From: Octopus bimaculoides
Taxonomy: Eukaryota
Reading direction: 5' to 3'
Assembly: GCF_001194135.2 (NCBI RefSeq)
Contig: NC_068983.1
Coordinates: 72,352,020 to 72,416,019, forward strand
DNA length: 64,000 nt
Shown: one piece after another, positions 37,300 through 50,664 of the stretch
Layout: every line of letters starts with the position of its first letter
Position numbering within the stretch: position 1 is the stretch's first letter
Translations under genes and position numbers: made by a program
The notes under the pieces: model-generated
The model's input: the letters and a program-made list of their open reading frames with translations, nothing else
Database searches by the model: none
Told to the model about the DNA's origin: nothing

Positions 37300-37690
37300 A
37301 TATTGCTACATTTTTGCTCCAGGTCAAGCTCTTACCGAGTAGACCTATGATCAACTGCTTAAGAGAACATTAATAGCATCAATCTCATTGGTCTTGGAGT
37401 TCCCGTTAAGATCATGGGCACAATCCCTTCCTTCAGACGTAACCTGGCAAAAACAAAAACAAAACATTCCTGTTATGATTATACCTTATTTATGTATATC
37501 AAAGATTTTACTGATCAATGTATCCTTCTTATAAATGTTTAGCCCTTGGCCATCCCATATTGCATGTCAGCTATTCAAGTCACAGCATATCTAATGTAAC
37601 TTCTTTGTTCAAGACAGTATGGTGTCATTTGAGGGAGATTAGTCTGCTATTTCTAGCAGTTAGAGTAACTGTGGCTCCCTTCATTGGCTC
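37300..37690 (-). mobile_element. Family E repeat copy with internal insertion
   Basis: ctccaggtcaagc..gacctatgatca ... tttgagggagattagtctgctatttctagc. Confidence 0.55.
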
Positions 37691-38194
37691 ATATTAGTTT
37701 CATAAATATCTCCAATTTCACCTACTTTATATGAAAATATATAAAGTTTTGATACAAAAATTGTAGATAAATACATACATACATACTTCACCAGTATATC
37801 ATAAGAATATTTACAATAATACAAAGAAGTTTATATTTTCATGAAACGAAACACATTGGGAATCATATGCAACATTCACAAGAAAATAAAAAGATTGACT
37901 GAATGAACGCATGTTTGATAATGCATTCATGATAATAAGCTTTAAAATCTAGCAGATTATCTTGTCACATTGGGAATGTAGTGTTGAAAAAAATGTACAT
38001 AAAGTGACAACAAATAGAGTAAATCTCAGTCAATAATAACTATTTGTTTTAAGATTTATAGAGATTGGATAACATTGTTTTCTGCTACTTTGTTTTGCAA
38101 AAGTACACAAGTGAGAACTTTGGTATTTTAAATTCAACCAGAAACAAATAAGTAATTAAGCATATAAACAAACAAAATAAAAAGTAGATAACTA

Positions 38195-39449
38195 CACACA
38201 CACACACACACACACACATGACAGAAGTAAATAGACACACCGTAAAAACTCACTTTATGTTTATTTTAACTTGTAAAGGTTTATATTTCTTATTAAATAA
38301 CATTTTTGTGTTTCGGGTTTTATATGTGGCTGTTTAGTCATACCATGTATAAAAGAAGTCTTGGAACTGTTTGAATTTCTAAGAGGCCATATTGTGGGTC
38401 AATCTGAAGGTGGACCTAACGTAAAATCACAGAAAACCATGGGATCCTGTTTTCTACAGCTAATAGAGTGATTGGGTAATTCACCAAAGAGGGGAGGGAG
38501 TCCACATCACCTCACCTAGATTGACCAGGCCTCTCTGACAGGACCCTTCTCTTTGTTAAGAGAAGTGTGGAGGATAATCCTCACTGCAAGACCTCTGACA
38601 TAGCAGAACATGTTGATGTCAGTCCCAGAACAGCTGTCAGGTACCTCCACAAACTTGGTTACTATGACAGTGCAGCAAGAAAGAAACCACTTCTTTGACC
38701 AGTCAATATCAAGTAGAGAAAAGATTAGACCAGTGAGATGGTAGAGAGGCCACAGGCATTTTGGGACACTGTCATATTCTCCAATGAGTCCAGATTTGCT
38801 GTATTTTCTGACAGTGGTCTCGAGACTCTGTGATCAAGAATTTGATGTGAAAAGATTATAGCCAATAATGAAACATGACAGCTACACTGTGATGGTCTGG
38901 GGAGCAATTTGGAGCCATGGTCAATCAAAGCTGGTGGAGTGTGAAGGAAACATAAACCCAGATAAATATATGTCCATATTGTAGAAAAGACTACTTCCAA
39001 TCTTCTTCAGTGGTGAAAAAATTAAAGAAGACTCTTTATGGAAGATGGGGCTTCTTGTTACACAGCTAAAATGATCCAAGATTTGTTGGATGAGAATGGC
39101 ATTAGAAAGCTTCCATGGCCTAGCCAGTCACCAGATATGAACCCTATTGAAGATCTCTGGGGCATAATGGACAGGACACTTCATAAAAAGAACAACAAAG
39201 CATCTTCAAAGTCAGATCTTTAGAGATTACTGCATGAAACTTGGCAAGAAATTCATCAAGAGAATATTCATCATCTGATCATTAACATGCTTAATAGGGT
39301 CCTTGCAGTGAAAAAAATGCAAGAGGCATGTCTACTAAATATCAAATATTCACATTATAACAATTAATAAAAAATTTGAGTGTATAATTTCAGAGTTAAA
39401 TAAATTTTAACGATTATAAGGGTGTCTATTTACTTCTGTTCTGTGTGTG
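38195..39449 (+). mobile_element. Full-length decayed Tc1-like DNA transposon
   Basis: TIRs cacatgacagaagtaaatagacac / gtgtctatttacttctgttctgtg flanked by TA. Transposase remnant at about 38345-39345: FLRGHIVG, IFSNESRF, VMVWGAI, MEDGASCYTA, PWPSQSPDMNPIEDLWGIM, GMSTKY. Confidence 0.92.
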
Positions 39450-39457
39450 TATATATA

Positions 39458-39981
39458 CAGGGGTTGGACAAAATAATGGAAACACCTAGCATCATAATTT
39501 TGAAATATCTATAAAACTGTCAAAAGCTTGTTTATTTTTATGTTTTTTTATTTATTACTAGTGTTGCTTAATGTTTTGCTAAAATTGCTGTTTCTCTTCA
39601 AATATCATCACAAAAAGGTAATCAAAATTCATTAAAATGACAGATTTGGGACATTCGAAGAGGTCAAATTGTTGGTGTTCATATGGCAGCCACTAACATA
39701 ATGAATACAGTCAAAATGTTTAGTGTATCAAGAAGTACTGTCTCGAAAGTAATGACAGCCTTTGAGAAAGAGGGAAAAACCTCCTCATTGAAACAAAACT
39801 CCGGAAGAAAACCAAATCTTTCAGATAGGGACCATTGGACTCTAACTCGAATTGTTAGAAAGGATCACAAAAGTACACCTCCCAAAATTACTACAGAGCT
39901 TAATGACCACCTCAAGAACCCAGTTTCCACAAGAACTGTTCACTGGGAGCTGCATAAAGCTGGAATTCACGGGAGGGCTGC
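39458..39981 (+). mobile_element. 5' half of a second Tc1-like element
   Basis: TA|CAGGGGTTGGACAAAATAATGGAAACACC TIR. Paired-like DBD RGQIVG..VSRSTVSKV..SGRKPNLSDRD..VSTRTVHWELHKAGIHGRAA, then truncated. Confidence 0.9.
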
Positions 39982-40152
39982 AAAAGGAGATAATCCCCAA
40001 CTGCTACATTTGAGTAGTGAGGCATTTCCCCCTCCATATTTTGAAGAGGTCATGGGCCAACAAGCTGCGGTCTATCCATAGCACTTACTCAGCATTACCT
40101 GAAATCCTTGGGTCTAATTGACACTACTATCACTCATAACCTATATATATAT

Positions 40153-40178
40153 NNNNNNNNNNNNNNNNNNNNNNNNNN
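40153..40178. other. Assembly gap (26 N)
   Basis: N run. Confidence 1.
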
Positions 40179-40286
40179 ATATATATACTCTTTTACTTTA
40201 TTCTTTTACTTGTTTCAGTCATTTGACTGCGGCCGTGTTGGACCAGTGTGTGTCTGTGTCTGTGTCTGTGCATGTATGTCTGTGTC

Positions 40287-40323
<37 letters not shown>

Positions 40324-41201
40324 ATGCATGCCCTTTGGGTAGAAAAAGTCAAGGCTTCAACTTTTTTTCACCCAATGTTTACATGTTATTATTTATCATT
40401 TTATTTGCTTTGAGATTCATAGTCCCTAAAAAGAATTATTCTATTTTCTAATTTTCTGAAGTTCTTATATAAAAACCATGCCAAACATACATTGGTGCTT
40501 GATGCAGTCCTTGGGTACATCAGGTCCTGTCAAACCATTTAACCCATGCCAACATTGAACATGGACATTAAATGATGATGATGATATATGTATATACACA
40601 CACACACACACATATATAAACATACACACTTATATAATACATATGTAATATACATCCATAAGGTAGATGATGATGATGATGTATTACATAAATGAATACT
40701 GGATACACAAATATTCAAAAACAATATCACAGCATCATCAATGAAAAGAATAAAGCCTATATTTAAAATAATCAGTCACAGTGAAGGGAATCTTTTAAGC
40801 AAGTTAAATTGGAAATATTTGAAATAACAAACTGCCAAATATTCAATTTGTAGTTTTACACTAAAATCTAATATTGAATAATGCTATAGATAGGAAAATA
40901 GGTAAATTTAGAAATTTGTTCATTGGGGCATGTATTTATTTGGTTTTCTGAGATCTATCATTAGATTTACATTTGAAATTGTCAACTTTCAGTTGTTTAG
41001 ATATATATGTATGTATCTGGAAAATCAAAACCATTACATCTATATATATTGCAATTTTGATCTTTCCAATATTTTAACTGACTTAAGAGGTTGCCATCAC
41101 CAGCAAATTATTTCAATAAAGACAGTTCTTCCATTTTCTTTACATACACAATATATTTTAGCATCTTTGAAACATACTGAAACATGTGTACAACTGTAAG
41201 C

Positions 41202-41588
41202 TAGGCACAGCTGTGTGGTAAGAAGCTTGCTTCCAAACCACATTGCTCTGGGTTCAGTCCCACTGCATGGCACCTTGGGCAAAATGTCTTCTACTATAGC
41301 CTCAGTCTGACCAAAGCCTTGTAAGTGGATTTGGTAAGCAGAAACTGAAAGAAGCCCATCGTGTGTGTGTGTGTGTGTGTGTGTGCGTGCGTGTGTGTGT
41401 GTTTGTCTCCCTCCTTGTTTGACAATTAGTGTTGGTGTATTTATATCCCTGTAACTTGGCAAAAGAGACTGATAAAATAAATACCAGGCTTAAAAATAAA
41501 TACTGGGGTCGATTCATTCAACTAAAAATTCTTCAAGGCAGTGCCCCAGTAAGATCATAGCCTAACAATTGAAAGAAGTAAAAGATAA
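41202..41588 (+). mobile_element. SINE family B (full length)
   Basis: Head, CORE-like gcaccttgggcaaaatgtcttc, internal (GT)n, tail. Confidence 0.9.
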
Positions 41589-41593
41589 ATGAT

Positions 41594-41632
<39 letters not shown>

Positions 41633-41637
<5 letters not shown>

Positions 41638-41712
41638 ATAAGAAATTTATAAAGCTGCCATTTCTGAACTATAGTAATGATATAAGAAATTTATAAAGCT
41701 ACCATTTCTGAA
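41633..41712. repeat. 36-bp direct duplication (period 44, 1 mismatch)
   Basis: atgatataagaaatttataaagct(g/a)ccatttctgaa x2. Confidence 0.9.
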
Positions 41713-42058
41713 ATATCACATCTTTACATTTTAGTGAAGTAACATAAAATACCTGCAACAGGTAGCCCTATTCTCCCTGTACGAGGAACAGCCTGTGTAG
41801 CAACAAATATCCAAGAGAGGCAACAATTGGAAAGGATTCCTATCACAATACCACTGCCGAAGTCCCTAAAGAAGGAGGCTATATTGCTTGGAAATAGTGA
41901 AGATGTTGACAATAATTCCACTGTTTCACATAATGCAATATTTCCACAAAACTATGAAACATATATTAATGTTAACTAGTGGCTTCAATTAAGGTAAAAC
42001 AATATTTGAACAAGAATAACTTTAAAAGTGGTGATCATTCAACAATTTCACTATACAG

Positions 42059-42087
42059 AAAAGAAAATCATGTAGATCTTAATGCTG
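42059..42087 (+). CDS. Candidate exon (KENHVDLNA; alternative donor at 42101)
   Basis: aatttcactatacAG; donors CTG|GTAATG or CAA|GTAAGG; only one frame is open. Confidence 0.3.
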
Positions 42088-43872
42088 GTAATGGAAATCA
42101 AGTAAGGGGTTTTCTAAATTATGAAAATTGCCAATATATTGGAGTCTCGGTACCTTTCTGGAAATTGTTTCCTAGAAGTTACAAAAGAATCTGTTTTTTT
42201 TTGCTTTTTTTTTATAAGGATGGTTGTTTTATTTTAGGCAGGAATTACAAGTTTTAACAGTTTGCTTACTATTAACAATATTGTCTGTAAAAACTGTAAG
42301 CATGTATGCCAGATGATGAATTTTCCATAAAATAATCAGCAATGAAAGCAATACTTGAATGAAACCAAAATTATGCATTCTGATGAAGATCTTGAAATTT
42401 ATTTACTAGTATTCAGGTGCTTTTTTTTCAAAACCATTAAAGTGAGGTTTTCTTCCTAAAGATTACTTGTATAAGAGACAAGGAAATTTAACAGTTGAAG
42501 TAGTTTTGAAATATGCAGTAAATGAATTGTTGTGCGTGTTGGTCAATCACGATGTTGATGATGATGATGATGATAATGGTGTTGAGAAATCCTGATCACT
42601 AAAATGATCATTATAATGGTTTACATTAGAGTTTTATTTACACCAGATATTTTTATAAATGCAAGTAAAATGACTGGTGTTGGTGCAAACTGTATTTTGC
42701 TAATTCCCCCTATCAATCAGTAACCATCCAATATAAAATTTGTCATTTACCATGAGTTGTCAATTCCCAATCAAAATTCAACTTGTCAGACAATAAAGAA
42801 TAAAGTCAAATGCAAAACTTATCAAAATGTAACATTTGTCTCCTTATTCCAATTTTCACTTATGGTCACATATATTGTTATCAGCTGAGTTGATAACTGA
42901 GTAAAAATCAGTTTAATATAGCAAAATATTTACTATAACAGTTGTCCCAATGATGAAAATAAAATTTATAAAAAGTACTATCTATATAGAGATGGTTTGA
43001 ATTTTAAAATTTTGTGGATGTAGAACAATGTGTATAATGTTGTGTATAGAAAAATAAAAAGAAAAAGATATTTTGTTTTATTAAATAGTTATTTTATTTC
43101 TAGTTTGGGTAACTTTCCATTTAATTATTTCTTTTCTGAAAATATCATTCATTCCATTCATAAAACAATGGGCAGTGGGTCATGTACTCATATAATAAAT
43201 GAAATAAATAAATAAATAACACAATAGAGGCATTCATTGGCATATTCAATTAAAGGAAGAAATCCTTAACATTATTAATATATGAATAATATATGAAGGT
43301 TCTTAACTATACCAGACCTGCTCTGGTCTTCACTGTCTTCTCCACAGAAATAGCAGTCTGCATCACATGCTTAACATACAACACATCCAGACCTTTTAAT
43401 AATTAATTAACAACCATCACGCATGCATGCACACACACACACACACACACACACATCAATGTGCTATGTGTTGTGTTTTTAATAATAATACAATGGTACC
43501 TGTTCTTTTGATCTAGCAATCTATAAACATCATTCCGCTTTAGTAAAACTTACACACCACTCCTCTTCCCAGTGTCTCTACTGCAACCCTCTGGAACATT
43601 CTTTCAGCCTGCCCTTCTCTTACAGATATGAATCAACAGAAGTTCAAGTCAAATATAAAACTATATTGGTCATACCGTCTGGAAGCATATGTAAAAGCTA
43701 TGTGAAGATATGCAAAGGCCCTACTTCTTTGGTTACTATCTATACCAGCCATATAACCTTTGTAACTATATACATCTAAATACCAACAAACAACTTGATA
43801 ATCAACATTGACATGAACACTATAATATCATTATAAACATATCTTTTCTTCTATGATATCTGTATTTTCCAG

Positions 43873-43909
43873 GTGATACAGACAAGCTAAACCACTCATG
43901 TACACCAAA
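43873..43909 (+). CDS. Candidate exon (37 nt, phase 1->2; GDTDKLNHSCTP)
   Basis: tatctgtattttccAG|..AAA|GTAACT; only one frame is open. Confidence 0.3.
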
Positions 43910-44354
43910 GTAACTAGCCATACTAGGCTCCAATTTTGAACTAAGTTATTTATTTATTACATATCACAATTGGCAAGGAAAAGTTTTATTGATTATAGGT
44001 TTTGAAAGGAGCAATCTCCAGTTCATCGCACTCAGACAGCATAAGTGACAGGAAGTGTTTATAACTCAGTAGAATAATTTCATTCAAAGATCAAGTTTCC
44101 ACTGATATTTACTCACAAACTTATTAAAGTTCATGTTATAATTTAAATTGCTGTTGAGAAACTGAACAATAAGAAACAGAAAATGTAAACCAAACCAAGT
44201 CAAATTAAATAGATAAAAGCGACACAGAATTGGTGTTGGGTGCAACTCATAGAATAAAATCAAAACATTGAGTTAGTTAGCAAATCAAGTTAACTATACA
44301 CATTTTAAGCATTTATAACTTCCAGATGACAAATGGCAAATATGTTTGCCTGTG

Positions 44355-44834
44355 AGTGAGAGAGAGCGGTATATATATAAACAAATAGTAAATGAGTATA
44401 TGCATATATACGTACAGGTATGTGCATACCGACATCCACCTGTATGTATAGGTGCATATCTGGGTACAGGACATTGCAAACAAAACGTAGACGAGAAAAC
44501 ACACAAGCCACATAGAGAACATATATATATATATCATCATCATCATCATCATCATCATTGTTTAACGTCCGCTTTCCATGCTAGCATGGNNNNNNNNNNA
44601 GTGAGAGAGAGCGGTATATATATAAACAAATAGTAAATGAGTATATGCATATATACGTACAGGTATGTGCATACCGACATCCACCTGTATGTATAGGTGC
44701 ATATCTGGGTACAGGACATTGCAAACAAAACGTAGACGAGAAAACACACAAGCCACATAGAGAACATATATATATATATCATCATCATCATCATCATCAT
44801 CATTGTTTAACGTCCGCTTTCCATGCTAGCATGG
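44355..44834. other. Identical 235-bp duplication flanking a 10-N gap (44590-44599); probable assembly artefact
   Basis: 44355-44589 equals 44600-44834. Confidence 0.85.
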
Positions 44835-45822
44835 GTTGAATGATTTGACTGAGGGCTGGCAAGCCAGAAGGCTGAACCAGGCTCCAATCTCATCTGGTAG
44901 AGTTTCTAAAGGTGGATGCCCTTCTTAACGCCAACTACTCCGAGAGTGTAGTGGGTGCTTTTTACATATCATTGGCACAAGGGCCATTCAGGCAGTACTG
45001 GCATCGGCCACGCTTGAATGATGCTTTTTACATGTCACCAGCACAGTAGCCAGTCGGGCAGCACTGACAACAATCATGCTCAAATGGTGCTTTTTACATG
45101 CCACCAGCATGGGACCAGTCAGGCGGCGCTGGCATCGACCACACTCGAATGGGGCTTTTGTACTTGCCACAGGCACGAGTACCAATCAGGCAGTACTGTC
45201 ATTGGCCACAACACCGACTTCACTTGCCTCAACAGGTCTTCGCAAGCACAGATTATTGCCCAATGATTGAAGGGTACTGTTAACTGGGCTGGTTATGCTG
45301 CACTGGCATAGGCTACGGTTATAGTCTCACTTGGCTTGACAGGTCTTCTCAAGCACAGTATATCTCCAAAGGTCTCGGTCATTTGTCATCGCCTCGGTGA
45401 GGTTCAATGTTCGAAGGTCATGCTTCACCATCTCATCCCAGGTCTTCCTGGGTCTATCTCTTCTACAGGTTCCCTCTACTGCTAGGGTGTGACACTTTTT
45501 CACACAGCTCTCCTCATCCATTCACAACACATGACCATACCAGCGCAGTCGTCTCTCTTGCACACCACATCTGATGTTTCTTAGGTCCAACTTTTCTCTC
45601 AGGGCACTTACACTTTGTCGTGTATGCACACTGACATTACACATCCAGCGGAGCATACTAGCTTCATTCCTTGCAAGCTTACGCATGTCCTCAGCAGTCA
45701 CAGCCCATGCTTCACTGCCATGTAGCATGGCTATTTGCATGTATGCATCTTACAGTCTACCTTTTACTCTGAGCGAGATGCCCTTTGTCACCAGCAGAGG
45801 TAGGAGCTCTCTGAAGTTTCCT
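44780..45822 (-). mobile_element. 5'-truncated RTE-clade LINE with ORF end and long 3' UTR
   Basis: 45327-45822 reads GNFRELLPLLVTKGISLRVKGRL*DAYMQIAMLHGSEAW..LRWMCNV..RLRWYGHVL*MDEESCVKK..RPRKTWDE..DRDLWR; (GAT)n tail. Confidence 0.93.
44954..45215. repeat. ~65-bp tandem sub-repeat, 4 units, inside the RTE 3' UTR
   Basis: Units begin at 44954, 45020, 45086 and 45151 (ggtgctttttacatgccacc..ggcagtactggca..cacgctcgaat). Confidence 0.85.
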
Positions 45823-46559
45823 ACCTATAATAGAACAGTAAACTATATGCATACATATACTTACATACATATATGCACTCACACTCATACATATATATCA
45901 TCAAAAATATATAAATATTAGCAAACACTAAATCTGCTTCCATAAATAATACTATGTATAAGTTTTGAGAGAAGTAGACTAACGCATTAGTAAGAATAAA
46001 GAATTACTCTACTCCTTAATCACAAGAGTAATAATGAAGTTATAAAATAGGTAGACTATGAACTTGCCTCTTTGAGTAGGTAACCGTAGGAGGTTACACT
46101 TCTACTTAAATCTAAATAACCACCCTAGACCTACTGATTATTTCAAATGAGGTTCTGGACTATAACATTTAAATACATGTAATTTTTCCTTCTACCTGTT
46201 ACATAAATATATCTACATCAGATGGTTACCATCATTGTGTACATATATTCTAGTGTGTTTGTATTACTGTATTGCTGCAACTCTAGTTCTTACACTTAAC
46301 ATTAAGGTACAGATGTATTGGTATATAGTGTTGAACTTAAGGTAATCTGTGTTTCCATACATATACTTCTGTAAAACCAGGTAGATATATTTCGTCATGT
46401 ATATTCATTATGTCATGTTAATTTTCTATTCTGTTTCTTTTACTTTCATCTAACCTCACGTAAGAATATTCATTCTTGTTAGAATATTTATATATGTGTG
46501 TATATTAGTGTGTCAAAGAAATGAAGGTCAAACAAAAGAATTGATGTAGAAAGATGGAT

Positions 46560-47210
46560 GAATGGATGTATGCATATATATTTGCTTATATATCTATGCA
46601 CATGTACAGATATGTGTGTGTGTGTATGTACCTGTCTGTATATATATATATGCATATGTGTATGTATATATGTATGTCAGTGTATGGGTGACTGTTTGGT
46701 ACATACATGGAAATGTATGTTTATCCACATGCAAGTTGCATATGTACTTGTATGCATGCATATATGCTAAGCCTTAAGTGTACCAGATGATTGTATGCAT
46801 CTAAGTGAAGCTCATTCAATCTATGAGTGTCGGTGTTGCCATGTAAGTGTCTGCATATACTTATATATTATCTATGTTCATTTATTTATATGTGGTCACA
46901 AGTGAATATGTGTCCTGCTACTTGTCAATGTGCATATAAATAAATTTAGGTGTAATAAGAACATATAACAGACATGTATTACATGAGCATATTTGCATGT
47001 GTCTGTGTACACACACAGAGAGAATTTTGTGTGTGTGTATATATATATAAATATATGTATGTGTGTGTGCATGCATGTGTATGTATAAAGTGCATGGTGT
47101 GTGTGTGTGTAAATGCTGATGTGAAAAGTGTGTAAATAATGTATCAATATGTATGGTGGTTATAACTATTGGTATTGTATACATATAGTTTTAAGTGTAT
47201 GTGTGTAGGT
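46560..47210. repeat. Degenerate AT/GT low-complexity tract
   Basis: Directly visible. Confidence 0.85.
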
Positions 47211-47807
47211 GTTCATCTATTTATAGCTTTCGTCATTTGTATACATTTAAAAAGTTCTCCCTCCCGATGCCTAATATCCACCATTCATCTACCACTACTT
47301 CTACTTAATTCAACTTCATTTTTCAGTTTCACTTTTATGAATTCTTTCGCTTATTAGATAGCATTATTATTATAATGATGAGTTTAATAATTATTAAAAC
47401 ATTCGACTATTACTTCTAAACACCATATCCCTCCTTCTTCAACTCTCTCTTTCTTTATTTCTTCCTTCCTTTCTGTCTTTCTTTCCCCTTCTCCTCTATT
47501 CTATAAAGTTTTTATTCAGCTTTCATACAGATTTAGATTACTTGATTTGTAAAGATCAGCTATAAGAATTGAAACAAAACTTATACTATGCAAGGTAATC
47601 AATAACAAACATTCACACACACACACACACACACACACATAATCATCATCATCATCATAATCATTATCAACATCATTTAGCATCCACTTTTCCCCATGGC
47701 CAGACATGTTCATGCACAATATTGGGAATGAATGACACAGCACATATGACTTTAACACTCACAATTATTAGGCACTGTCAAAACAAGAGACACAAACATA
47801 CACACTT

Positions 47808-47840
<33 letters not shown>

Positions 47841-47845
<5 letters not shown>

Positions 47846-48317
47846 GCATCTGCTTAGGGATCCTGCCATCCTTCATTCTAATAAGGTGCCCTGTCCAACA
47901 TAACCGGTGCTTGTTCACCATCGCCTCAATACTTGTGAATGGAAAAAGACCCTGGCAGAAACCAAGGCTGCGATTTAAGGACTGTGTCAAGTCCTCATTA
48001 AAAGCCTGTGATATTCAGGAGAGTGACTGGGAGAATAATCCCTATCATTGCCACGGATGGAGGAAGCAGGTTAAGAAGAGGGGGGTCGACATTTTTGGGA
48101 GAGCACATATTCTGCATGAAGAAATTAAGCGTGCTGCTCAGGTGTAGCGAATGGGGAAAGCTGGTCTGCAATGCTTGCAGTCATGTATGCTTGTCAAGAG
48201 AAGGGCTCCTTAGCCACCAACAGAGCCGCAAATGCAAAATATAAGTTAGTCCTAGAGGACACAATGTTCCTAAAGGTCAGCAATGGTCTTCCTCGGTCAC
48301 AAGTGGACAGCCATCAT
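47841..48317 (+). mobile_element. RTE (BovB-like) 3' fragment with inverted 5' segment
   Basis: Minus 47841-47938 TSIEAMVNKHRLCWTGHLIRMKDGRIPKQMLY; plus from 47932 LVNGKRPWQKPRLRFKDCVKSSLK..W..VCNACSHVCLSREGLLSH. Confidence 0.88.
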
Positions 48318-48327
48318 ATATGTGCAT

Positions 48328-48371
<44 letters not shown>

Positions 48372-48494
48372 CTGTTACAAAAGTATTCTAATTAGCATTA
48401 GAGAGGTAGGTGTTTCACACAGTGGAAAAGTTCAAAGTATTATTACCTCTGCTGGAACAAAGGGGTTTTCTCTACAGATTATGTGATACTTCTA

Positions 48495-48790
48495 TATAAA
48501 GTGAAATGTTGCACGGGGTCAAAACACAGGTACTGAATGCAGAGGATGAGCCAACAAAGGATGTGCAATGTTAGTGTGTATGAATAGTAAAGCACAAATG
48601 AACTAACAAAACGACTGATTATGAGAGGAATCAGATGTAGCATCTAAGACAGAAATCTGTGCTGGTACAGAGATCTGATGTGTATAGAGAATGACAGTTG
48701 AGCAAAGGGATGCCAAACAATCAAAGTGAAAGAGGAAGAGTGGGGAAATTATGAGAAGTAAAGAAATTGATATTCATATCTTCATGAGGA
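48495..48790 (+). pseudogene. Old RTE fragment
   Basis: MLHGVKT..MCNVSVYE..RGIRCSI*DRNLCWYRD..AKGCQTIKV aligns with the ORF end at 45327-45740. Confidence 0.6.
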
Positions 48791-49299
48791 AGATGAAGCA
48801 ATACTATAATATATGGCAAAACTATGCTAGGGAAAACATATCAAACCAATTTTCTAAGCAAGGAGGAGGAAGAGGAGGTATAAATATTTGGTAGATTTTG
48901 AACATGCTAATATGTCAAAATATGATCATGAAAAATTGTTTAAATCTATTTCCTTCATAATTTAGGAAGCAATAAAATTTACTTCATCTTACCACAGATC
49001 TACTGCGAGTTTTCTATAGAAAATTTCCCCTGTGACTAATGTTACATAAGATTATAATATCCATATCCATTTACAGTACTGGTTTATTAATAAAAGACCA
49101 TGCATTAAACACACACCATTAAGTATTTTAGAATGGTGTCTAATCTGAATTAGAATATAACTGGTCCAAAGTAACACTGAAAATATTAGTTTGCTATCAG
49201 AGATAAATTAAAAGGTTTTACTTTGCTCAATTCACTCATAAAAAAAATCGGTGATAAATAGGCGGACAAAATTCTTCCATGAATATGTACACTCATACA

Positions 49300-49374
49300 C
49301 GGGTGTTCGTGTGTGTGTGTGTTCGTGTGTGTGTATTTACATATATATATAAAAATTTATGTGTGTATACACAC

Positions 49375-49440
<66 letters not shown>

Positions 49441-49763
49441 GTGTATATATGATCTGGCAGTGTTTCTACAGCTGCATGCCCTTCCTAACACCAACCACAC
49501 CGAGAGTGTAGTGGGTGCTTTTTATGTGCCACCACCACAGGAGCCAGAGGAGCTGGCATCAACCATGATCACATGGTGCTTTTTACATGCCACCAGCATG
49601 GAAGCCAGTCAAAGCGGCACTGGCATCGACCTCGTTCAGATGGTGCTTTTTTACATGCTACCGGTACAGGGCTTACAATATATATATACATAAACATATA
49701 TGTACATATATACATATATATACATACACACACAGATACGTGTATATATATATATATATACAC

Positions 49764-49814
<51 letters not shown>

Positions 49815-49910
49815 TACACATATATGCATACACATACACACACATATATATATAGACACATGTACATGCATTTACACACATACACACACAATTTTATATA
49901 TATGTGTAAG
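49300..49910. repeat. Microsatellite complex containing an RTE tail copy (49452-49672, minus)
   Basis: (GT)n/(AT)n/(AC)n flanking family sub-repeats. Confidence 0.9.
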
Positions 49911-50664
49911 CCTGTGTGTTCTCATTATTTATAACAAATATTAAATTATTTCAATAATTGAATTAGTTTGAAACTCATAAATATATGCACCAAAAACCCA
50001 AATATTTATAAATCAATTTGTTAAATTTCATTTTGAAAATTAATGGCCCTTACTGTCATTAAAAGTTTCATTAAAATGTTGGAAACTAGCAACCATTATT
50101 CAACAGAATTTCATTTAGAATATAATCCGTTATGGAAAACAGAAAATTTTCTTAAATGTAAAAAATAGAGAACATAAATATATTTCATGAAATTTGAATT
50201 GTCAGATTTATATCTTACAACAACATTGACTTTGAAATAGAAAGTAGCTAAAATAATTATATTTTACATCGGGATGTTTGTGGGGGAAAAAAAACAAAAA
50301 AACAAATTAGTTGTCCCACTATACTTGCTACCCAGTGTTTGGAACCAATAAAAGATTTTTTTTTTAATATATATAAGGGCTTAGTTAAATAGATTTGTGG
50401 GTTGAAATGGAAGAAAATACTATGACTTATGAGTTGCTATAGTAGGACTTAGCTCATCAATATACTGAGTTATCCTCAGATTGGAGACATAGTCAGAATA
50501 CCTGCAAAAGAGTCAACTCCACAAGGGTACCCAGGCCTGAGGTAGTGATGCTAAACTGAGTGACAGATTAGATGTACAACCCAAGAACAAGTAGAGTCTA
50601 TCCAATGAGATTTTTGTGCAGTTTTCATCAGCCCCCTTTCACCTACTTCACTTGGGTCATTCTG

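Noticed and set aside
44355-44834. Biological tandem duplication
   Set aside because: Identical copies on either side of a 10-N gap indicate overlapping contig ends
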